DNA from: Balanoglossus misakiensis
Taxonomy: Eukaryota > Animalia > Hemichordata
Assembly (NCBI GenBank): GCA_040954595.2
Contig: CM082592.2
Coordinates: 7,551,677 to 7,615,676 of the forward strand
Length of the DNA stretch: 64,000 nt
Direction of reading: 5' to 3'
Under the pieces are notes generated by a model. The model saw nothing but the letters and a program-made list of their open reading frames with translations, was not told the origin of the DNA and did no database searches. Position numbers and translations under genes: made by a program. Each line of letters begins with the position of its first letter. Position 1 is the first letter of the stretch. Below are positions 1 to 10,400 of the stretch, piece by piece.

Positions 1-232
1 TGGTATAGGTTTACAATGAACTTTCGTAAGGTAAGGTCTTAAAAATACTCTCGCAAATGAAGTGGGTTGGTGAGGCTCTACTTGAAAACTGACATAAACT
101 GTCAATGCTCGTGTTTTGCACATGTAATGCCCAGTCAACTTTATTTTTAATTTGTTTAAAATTGATGTACATTCCCGTATCAACTATCATACAGAAATTT
201 GCTAGTATACATAATTACAATTGGTAACACAA

Positions 233-3200
233 CTAGTCAGAGTCGCCCTCGTCTTCATCATGTCCATCGTGGATGATCACTTTTGCCGAATGAGTTGTCT
301 GTTCGTCAGAGAGCTGGCACGATTCTCCGTCATCGTCGTTCTCGTCGTCGTCATCATCATTATCATCATCATCATCATCGGCAACGGGCAGATTGGCCGA
401 GTTGTTCAAGTGGTGATTAGCTCTCATCTGGTACGGGTCTTTCCCGTCTAACGTCGACAGATACATGTCTTCTGCCTTGTCGATGATTTCGATGAGTGAT
501 GACAGATTAACCTGGTCAAAAAAACCAGGAGGTGCGTTTTCAAAGGAGTGCAGTGATTTTTTGTTAGAATCTTCGTGGGTTTTCCACAGGAGCGTGGACC
601 CTGTCAGTGAATTTCGCGCTCGACCGGCGCAAAGGAAGTGCGTGGTGTTTCTTACCTTGAAAAATCCATTGAACGGCGAATCCAGGTCTGCCACCACGTA
701 GCACAGAAGTGAGATTGAGAAAACGGTGATGACACACATGGCCAGCTCCATGCGATACGATTGTGCCTGTCATGCCAGAGGAAACAATAAGTTTGTGGTA
801 TGGCCGTGTTATAATCTTCAGGCCAAAACTGGCGGGATTTTTAAAGTTACTCCAGTACAGGCAGTGTGCTCTCAAGGGCCTATATCATGACTATGATAGA
901 CGATATTGGCTCCAAATGGATGGGCGGTTTCGATTTATTGGTCGTTCCCCTCTGAACAGGACCCTTGGTGCCAAATTGGCCCCGGTTGTGCATGCGTAGT
1001 ACCGGTGACACCCACCTGCAGGAGAAGAACCCCAAAGAACGAGAAGAAGCCGAGGCACTCCAAGAAGAGCCACTTAAGTGGGTGGATAGCGGCCTGCAGG
1101 GTCTCGCCTCGGTCTGAACAAGCTGCGTTCAGGTGCATGATATGGTCCAGCAGTTTTCCCTGTTGGGTGAAGAGAAGTTCGCCGTGGATACAATTTATGC
1201 CAAAACCGCAAAGGCGCAGTTTTCTCTCGATGGGAATCAACCACCGACGGTACATGATTTTAAAAAGATAACATAGGTATCAATCGATAATGATTTTCAT
1301 TTGTTATAGGTATCATTATAATTTATTGCATGTAAATAAGGTTTCCACTGTTTACAGTCAATAATGGTAGTCTGTGTATATATACATGTATACTCGAAAT
1401 CGTGTAAGTGGTCAAGATAATGACCGCGGTTGGCCGGAAGAAATATCATGAAGAACATACCGTTATCAGTCGATCTGGACTCCAGCCCTTTTGTCTCTCA
1501 CCGGCGTTTTGAAGCAACTTCACTATCTGTGAAGAGTGGTGAACAAAGCATTGAATTTCTTGGACGAATCACACATGTTGGCATTTCTATAGTTGTCTGT
1601 TCGTGGAATTTTTATCGCTCAATGGCGGGTTCTGCTTACCTTCCAAACTTGTCCGCTGCACCTGTCCGACCTGTAGTCGTTGGAACTGTACCTGACCCGA
1701 CCCTGGATCTGAAGAATTATGGATACCGCTTCCTCCTTGACGATTCGAAAAATCTGGAGACGCCAGAATTTAAGATATAAGCAACTAAAATCACAGCCAA
1801 AGAAGTTTTGTCAGTTTTCACGACTCCCAATATAGCTCCATACGGTGACAATATCTCTGACAGTGATTTCTTCAAAAAGCCTACGCTGTGTTGAATGGAT
1901 GGAAGAGGTGCACAGACCGATATCCCAGCTCGGAAATTAAAATATAACTGAGATGACCAAATTGTATAATATACTAGACTGACTTTCTTCAACAAACTCA
2001 CTCAAACAGTACCTGTAAACGTTCTTTGACGGTAAGTACATCCATGCTAGACACAAGAATCATGATCTGATCCAGGAGGCCAACTTCCAGAGATATATTA
2101 TTAAGCAATTCACGTTGTTTCTGCATCGCCCCTTGGAAGGAAAACCCAAATGACGTTCTGTGTGGGGGAAAACAGCACAAAAGTGTGATATATCGTTGTC
2201 AGATCGTAACACTTACATCAATTGACCTGTCTATAAATACCAGTTTAGGAAAGTCCATTGACTGGCCACTATAAACAGGTTCTACTGCATATGAAAGTGT
2301 GATGTAGGCTACCAGTTTTCGTCTGAACATAGACGATAGAAAATGGCTATTGCGCATTAGTTACAGTCTGAGAATTGAAAATGTAGATGACGTTCTTTGG
2401 CAAATACTCACGCGTATACAAGACCAGCTGGTGCCAAGAAACATGCTGAGGAAAAAGAAGAAGTTTGCTCTGCGTCATCAGTTCGCACTAACCACCAACG
2501 GCGGAAACTGATTGTTGGCCTTGCACAGGCGCCTGTCGTTTGGCCCAAGCAGGGATTTTGTTACTTAAAATTAAATTTAAGGGTGAAGGATGACTCGTAT
2601 ACTATACCAAACTGTTTACCCTAACCAGGCCCACATCCCTTACAACAATGCATCGACACCTGAAACACGGGCATGCAGGTCGACGTCGGACCACAGGTGC
2701 GCGGGAACCGAACCCTTGCCTATACTGCGGCCCCAGACTCGGATCTCGCGCACTCATGGGTCTCAGGATAACTTACCGATGGCTTCGTTGATCGACGGCG
2801 GACCGTCTGGATACTGACCTCTCGGCCAGAAAAAATCCGTCATGGGGGCGTACATGAAGAGAACGAGCGGGCACAGGGCTAGCGACACCAAAGCGGGAAG
2901 AGCTATCATGATGAGCTGCACGGGTTGGTTGAAGAACGAGTATAGAGTGTCTATCGCCTCTATGTCACTCTCCTCGAAAACTGTCGGGAATCCGATCGAA
3001 ACATTGCAGTCAGAATTGGATATGGAAAGTAACTACAGTAGACTACACAACATTATCACAACGAATATCGCGACTATATAATGGTCTCAGTTATCGCGTT
3101 TTGTTGGAACACTGAATTCAAATTTTTCCGAAATTATTTTTTTACAAACAGCGAGTACATTTAATGGAAGGTTGGATATGGGTGTGTGGGCAGACGGACG

Positions 3201-3904
3201 AATACATGTAGATGAAAACCAACATCTCCCCCTCCCTCCTTCCATCCCCTCTCTTCCTTGACTCATACACGATTTAGTGAGAATGCTCCAGCGAACAATA
3301 CTTAAACCTACATGCTTCACTGCCCGTCATCCTTAATTTGATCTCATCCACCGATGTCTTGCCGGCTTCTCCTCGTTTCGCAGCATGGACTGAACCCTTG
3401 AGCTTAAGGTTGTGAATACTTTTGACGCTTTTTCTGCTGAGAAAGCGTTGGTGAACCCTTCGCTCCATGCGCTTGGCGTTTCGACGCAGTATGGATGATG
3501 CCATCAATGATCCAAGTCCTATAATACCATCAAACACATCAAATGTCACACATCAACATTCTGTAGGCCGATATGAAAATCCATGACTTAATTAACTGCC
3601 TCGCCGCCAGTAAAGAAATCTTGACGTATCACATGCCATGGCCATTTTTACCTGAAACAATGATCACTATCAGTACTATCGGCGGCACGATGATTTCAGA
3701 TGTTGTCGCCTTTTGCTTTTCGCCGGATGTTTCTGGTGTAGCATCTTCGTTCGATGGTTCGGGTGATGGCTCCGCCGACACCGCTTGGTTTTCCGGCTCA
3801 GTAGTCGGCCCCGCCGTCGTTTCGGGCTCCGGGTTACTGGAAGCTATCACCAGAGTAGCGAGGGCGAAAATAAACCAGAGCTTCAAGAGACCGTCAAACC
3901 GCAT
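233..3904 (-). CDS. Multi-pass membrane protein, DUF4239/bestrophin-like family; ~518 aa, 10 coding exons
   Basis: Exons (minus): 3904-3652, 3518-3312, 2980-2777, 2445-2412, 2157-2013, 1753-1640, 1526-1461, 1159-1016, 766-656, 511-233. All are GT-AG and phases match, totalling 1557 nt. Protein: signal peptide (MRFDGLLKLWFIFALATLVIASS), P/E/T-rich stalk, TM, basic loop, then 4 TMs with 'NEAIACFLAPAGLVYATSFGFSF' and 'CYVVADLDSPFNGFFKVN', ending in an acidic tail. The family call rests on remembered motif similarity. Confidence 0.75.
320..379. repeat. (ATC/GTC)n trinucleotide low-complexity tract encoding the poly-Asp tail
   Basis: tcatcgtcgttctcgtcgtcgtcatcatcattatcatcatcatcatcatcg; reads DDDDDDNDDDDDENDDD on the minus strand. 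Confidence 0.85.
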
Positions 3905-3910
3905 TGTTCC

Positions 3911-3912
<2 letters not shown>

Positions 3913-3963
<51 letters not shown>

Positions 3964-3984
3964 AGAGACAGACAGACAGACAGA
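3913..3984. repeat. (GA)n microsatellite followed by a G run and (GACA)n
   Basis: Visible directly. On the minus strand it forms the polypyrimidine tract of the acceptor at 3911-3913. Confidence 0.95.
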
Positions 3985-5968
3985 TGGGGGAGAGGCGGTA
4001 GATACGTCCATTACATCCTTTTAGAAATGATTGTTCTCCAAAGTTATATTCATTAATTTGTCAGCTGTATGCTTCTGGTGGGATGGTATACCGTAATGGT
4101 AATGTATAAAACCACAAGCGACATAGAAGATGTCGGAGTAGGCCCATGCCCCAGCAGGACACCCACCTGTTGCGTGTGACATAACTTGGCTTGTACTTGT
4201 AGAGCTGAGGCAAGTTTCGGTTTGAGGATAGTTGGACGTGAATGGTTTTCGATGAATGGTATCGATGATGTGCTATGATATTAGGCCTATACGAAAACAA
4301 TTTCCCAATGTGAGCGTATGTTTCAAATGAAATCATAACTCGTTGGTCGTCGAACGATGGAAACGTTCAAGACCGAGCGCGTCCCCGCACCTCGAGCGCG
4401 TGTTCCTTTTGCACGCTGATGATCTGTCGAGCACATGCACAAGTGGGCGTGGATTTTTTTAAATATAAAATCCTTCCCTCTAGTGTCTCTGATGGCTAGC
4501 CTTTCGTTTTCAAGTTCACGAAAGTTTGTTGACATAACCTTATTTTCTTCCGGGTTGGTGTTTGGTACCAACCATATCTTCAGAGGGGTGGAAAAGCTAC
4601 TGTGCTCTTGATGCGTTGTGAGATTCAAACAGAGGTCCCCTTTTATCGCGCTGTATACGAGTATTTGCAATTAAAAGAAGACGGAATATTCCAATGAAGC
4701 TGCAAAATTTGATGCGACAAATGTTTTTATTCGCTTTGTTTCATTCGGCCATTTGGAAAATGTGACTGCACACTACCCGTGACAGCAAATCCGCCACAAA
4801 CTGGTTTCCAGACCTATGAAAGAGTCTCTAACCTACTCAAAATGAGTACATGTTTATACTTTTCTTTCTGATTGTATGAAACTGTGATCAAAATATTTTG
4901 TTTAAATTTATGTGCCATGTCTCCCATAATTTTAAAATAAATAAATAAAAGCATCTGGGGGCCAAATACTAAATATTAATCTCTGAGAGAACGATAAAAC
5001 ATGTTTTCGAAACTTGTTTTTGCCATGCGACCTTGGTACATAATTGTCAACTTATGGGGTTTGTTTTCATTGGAAATAACTGTTCATTCGGAATGGCAGT
5101 AAAGGAATAGACGTCAACGGCTGGAAAACTCGTCGTTTCGCTTGAAAAGTTCGAGCTGCATGTGGATATATCAAGACAGGTGAGTCTTGAAAAGTTGTTG
5201 AAATTAGTCTCCGGGTGAATTTTGGTAGTTCAATACGCATATTAGTGCAAGAGGGGTGCGTCAGGTTTTCGGTTCGAGTCGAAGGCCTGAAGGGCGGGGA
5301 ATCACGCTGGAAAAATGAAAACAACGAGGTACTGTGTGCACACGCGCCGAGTACGTAAATAACGTGCACAAATATTGACTTTCATTGGCCATTATCAGAT
5401 GCTTTACCAAACCACCAGCGAAATGAAAATCCCCGATGGACAACCAGCGTCAAAGTATAGTTATGATTTTGGTTTTGGAAGCCAACAAAACTGCTCTGCA
5501 ATGCAGGGGCGGTAAGGCGAGGTTTTTCCCACTCCATATGTTGTTATAAAGTATTAGAGTGGTTGAAAAAACACGCCCAGACTCTTTTTCAAACAGATGT
5601 GTGCTACTGTATTAAAAACACAATTCAAAAATTTCGTAAATATGTACAAATTAATGTGTAAAAAGTGAATCATGTTGTTTGTAAATTGTATGGAGACTGC
5701 AGGCTGTAATGTGGATCGAAATTGAGACTTGTGACCTGGAGAGCTGGGAGGTCACCTGTCTGTCATCACCTGACAGTAGTGTACTAGTCATACTCTTCAG
5801 ACTACGAATTTGTAGAACTTGACGTAACTTTTCTGAGCCACAATGTTGCCATTTTCACATGTTATTCCTGATTATTGTTTCACTAGTTCTTGAGGAGACC
5901 AGCTATGTTTTTTAAAATGAATTTCTCATTTTCTTGCCTACAGATTAGTGCACTAATTACAAGGTGGA

Positions 5969-7448
5969 ATGGATGGTGGAGCTTCTTTCGAAGAACCAGC
6001 TCTCTGTCAGACATTGTCTCTTCTACATATAGAAGATTCAACACCAGAGGAGCTGGGCAACTTCTTGCAAAGCCATGAAACCCACCGGTTTTCAGCCAAC
6101 TTTGACCTGCTCAATATCATAATACAATGGGTTGAATGTGACAAAAATCGACTGCAGTTTGCTGGGAAGCTTCTCAGTTTCATAGACCTGTCTCAGATTA
6201 ACCCGATTGACTTTGTGAAGTGCATACAGCCCCATGGCTGGCTGGTGTCGGATGCCGACTGCTTCGAGCAGATATTGTCGACTTTGAACTACCATGCTGC
6301 GCCCCATCGCCAGCCGGTCACGACCTCCCATGGGGGACAGCACACCGACGGCCAACAGGAAGTGCTGGTTGCCGTGGGCGGCATCCAGCAGCAGAATGGG
6401 ATGATGCAGCTGCGCGTTAAGAACGCCATGTATCTGGAGCCCAGCCAGCAGCAGTGGTCGGAGCTCGCCTCCTTGCCAGAGTTCGTCTATGCCCACAGTG
6501 TTGCCAATTTGAATGGTTTTGTGTACGTCGCCGGCGGCAGCAACCACGACGTCCACCACCCGGTCAATCAGCAGATTTCGCGCCGGATCCACCGGTACGA
6601 TGTCAGCAACGGCAAGTGGATCATGTGCGCGCCCATGCTGGAGAAGAGAGCCTTTTTGACTCTGAACGCTCTCGACAACAAACTCTTCGCTGTCGGAGGG
6701 CTGAACCACTCCAGCCCGACGGCAGATTTGGCGTCCATCACAGAGATTCCAGAGACGAATTCGAAACCACAACTCATCGTTGCAAGCACTAAAGTGGAGA
6801 GCTACGACCCGACCGCAAATACGTGGGATTATAAAGCCAAGCTGAAAATGCCGACCATGTTACACGCAAGCGTGGTCCACGACGACAAACTTTACATCAG
6901 CGGCGGTTGTTCATTTTTCGACCTGAGTGAGGTGGAGGACGATGTGGCAATACTCATGACGGCCCTCAGCTCCGACTTCTGCCGGCAGTTCTCAAACGCC
7001 ATGCTCTGTTACGATCACCGCTCGGACGCGTGGGAGGCCAAAAAGCACATGTCTGTGCAGCGCGCCGGGCACAGAATGTGCGTCATGTCGGGTAAAATCT
7101 TCGCCATCGGGGGGAAGAACACGAAGAGTAGTTCAGGAATCGAGTGTTCCGTGGAGTGCTACAGTCCGGACACCGACGAGTGGCACCGGCTGCCGATGTC
7201 GCTTCCGGGACCGATCATCTGGCACGGCAGCGCCGCCGTGGAAGACAACATCTTTGTGGTTGGCGGCAGCAAGAAGCTGCTGGAAATCGACGAATTTGAG
7301 GATGTGAATTTGGTGCAGTGCTACATGACCTCTGAGGGGGGTTGGTACACAGTGGCCAAGTTGCCAGTGGGCTACGCTGGTGCCGAGTGTTGCACAATCA
7401 TGTTGCCACAAAACAAACCTGTGAGGCAGGAATTCTCTCCAACTGAAG
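5969..7448 (+). CDS. KLHL gene coding exon 1: C-terminal half of BACK plus first 6-bladed Kelch propeller
   Basis: 496 aa ORF with six Gly-Gly Kelch repeats. In-frame TAA at 5954 upstream of the ATG, acceptor CAG at 5941-5943, and a consensus donor at 7449. Confidence 0.9.
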
Positions 7449-10400
7449 GTAAGTTCTAAAACTGGCAGAGAAATATTCCTGAACCATTTAACCCTCTTCC
7501 TGCCTGGGGTTTAACATACCACAGTGCCTATTAGTAAGTAGTTAAAATGGGGTATTGGCCATTTTTCATGCATGGACATTCATGTTTTAAATACTCTAGT
7601 TCCTTCATTCTAAATTATATATCGTGAAATCTCGCACGTAGGTGCATTAAGCTTTCCTGTGAAAGGTCATGGGGCTACAGTACCATGATCAAAGGTCTCT
7701 ACCTAATTCAACCCAAGAAAAATAATAGATTGATAAATCGATTCAGTTGTAATGCAGAGATGGTGGTAACATTCTAATAACAGCTTGTGAAGAGTGAGTC
7801 ATGTGGCAGAATGACAAACATGAAAAATCAGCTATGTTGGTAGATAAGATTACACATGCAAGTAGGTTTGGCAGTTGTTGTGATACATTTAGCACCCAGA
7901 TCCTTGTTAAAGCATTGTATTGGATTTGCATCATTGATCCTGCAAAGCCAGTCCACTTATCATACGTACATGGAAGAATGTCTGCTTGATGAGTTTCATC
8001 TTCATCAACATGAGATGTATTATGAGGAGAGAGGATTTCAAAGGAATTCTCTTATTAATTAATACCAGAGTGGGACTGGCTGACTGAATATCAACATCCG
8101 ATATGTCAAACGCATACTGCATCTGTGTAAAGCTATGCATGATGTGGCATGCAGGTGTGTTTCAACCACGGTCCAGTGAGTTTAATCAGATGTACGGCTC
8201 GCAGATCCCGTCACAAATAATGATGAGAGATGATCGTGGGGATTCGGTGGGAGATTACTACTTTGGCATATCAATTTTCTTTATGAAAATTGTTTGCATG
8301 CAAGGTTGTGTAAAAACATGTTTTTCCCAAGTAACTGTGGTTAAAGGTTACTTGAGTTCTCCATCTTCATTCAATCCAAAGAATTTATATGGTAATGGTT
8401 AATCCCTGTGTACGCAAACATCAATATCAGTCTGACCTTGAGGTAACCCACACTTCTGATAGTGAGGTGACCTGTGTCAGATTGTGGGTGGTTGATTTGA
8501 ATTGCTTCTGTTTGTCCATTTTGAGGACTACTGTTTAAATTGTGTGGTACTATTTGCTGTTTGTTTGCTTGTTTATTTATTTATCTATTTATCTATTTAT
8601 TGTTGTAAATAATAGTGTTTCTTTTTAGAGGCATTTCCATGTATGGTACAAACAGAATTCTGTCAGTAGATGTGGTTGATTAAAGCTTAACCCTTTCACC
8701 ACCATGGTTCAGTCCAAACCCATTGTTTTTCTATGATAAGGTTGGACCTCTAAAGAGGGAGCTGGGGTTGACCCAACACGTTCATCAAGCAAGTGAAAGG
8801 CCTAAATTATGGTTTCGTTAAACTGACAGAGATGAATTCCTTGTACTTGTTATGCCCACCCACTGATGGCCCCAGAGTTGAGAAGTTACCATTGAAACCC
8901 AAGCATGGTATAAGCATTTATTCATATCCGCTCTCCCGAACGACTTTGAATGGGACAATTGCTCGGCACTCAGACCTGAATTGATGGGTTTGAACCCAAG
9001 CGACAGAGGGCAAGGGTCGGATAAGTTATGGGTCATGCTCAAAGGCTTCGCAGTGACAGACAGATGTTTATGCCATGCTGTATAAACCAGTGGCCTGTAT
9101 ACCGTAGGGTTGATTTCATCATGTTCCTGTGTGTGATTCATGATGATGCAATATTGTGGACAGGATTGGTGATTGGGATTTGGGCATGTCATACTGCAGG
9201 AAAAAAATGAGACATTTTAATATCCTTGATTGCTGTATTCCCTACTGATTAAAAGACTTGTGTTCTAAAATTTAATATGCTGTAAATGTAATGCTAAGAG
9301 AGTGACCCCAATTTGCTGTCTGCATAGCATGGGCTTCTGTTTGTAGACGAGAAATTACTACTAGAACCTAGATACTCTTGCATACCCGTGAAGAGCAATA
9401 TTTTTATGATAGTACACTACAGTGACTAATCTGATGGGTCAGTGACTTATGGACCTGTGTTGTCGGAAACATATAGCAATATGGCATGCTCGCCACCAAG
9501 CATGATTTTTTGAGACAATTTGGAAAGTAATAGGGATAAATGTGATGCATCATCCACGAGTTCATTGAGTCTGTGGCATTCCACAGTGATTTGCAGCATA
9601 TCTTCCCATTGTTTAGGTAACCCAGTGGCATGCACAGGCAATGTGGTGATAAGAGAGGTGTTATTGATTTCAGTAAACACAAAGGCAGACTGTTATGTAA
9701 ACAACTGTAGTGTCAATGCAGGTCACTGGGCAGGTTACATAACTTTGCATTTAACTGTGTTTGTTGATAACCACAGGTAGTTCTATTGTAATCTCTCACA
9801 GTGCAATCAAAATACAGACAGGCTGTCATATGCGAATAGTTGCAGGCAGTTTGTGACTCAAATGCACCTTTATTCTACAATATAGTGGAGATCAATCATG
9901 TGATTGATAACTTGGGCAGGCTAGTCAGTATTGCAGCAGTGACATACACAATACAGTGATCACAAAATAATTAGTCAAAAACACATACGCAATATATTAC
10001 AAAAGAACAGCACGAAATAAAACAAAACTAAAACCACACACTGTCATGAATGTACCTGAAACCCCCATATGTTTTGGCTGCATGGTGTGTTTTATGTATA
10101 CAATTTTAGAACCCGTCGATTGATGAACTGCGTGTCTTTGCATGTGATGTGCTGTTTTAAAAATAGCAACTCATAACCAACACTGGGGAACATATGTCGC
10201 AACATGATTGATTCTCACCTTTACTGAGACATATGGGGTTCATTCATCATTCTTTCATTTTGTTTTGTTCAGTCTCACTGTACATAGAAGATGTTTTGCG
10301 GTGTTCGGTCTAATAATTGAATGCCTTTCGATTTCTGAATAGAAGACCTGAACGAAGACCTGAGATTCAAAGGGAAGCAGGTTGAGGAAAGCGCAGAAGT

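Noticed and set aside
3553-3560. In-frame TGA (E-C-U-C) if the CAG acceptor at 3563-3561 were used, suggesting selenocysteine
   Set aside because: The TAG acceptor at 3521-3519 has the same phase, avoids the stop and gives a continuous TM helix. No SECIS was recognised.
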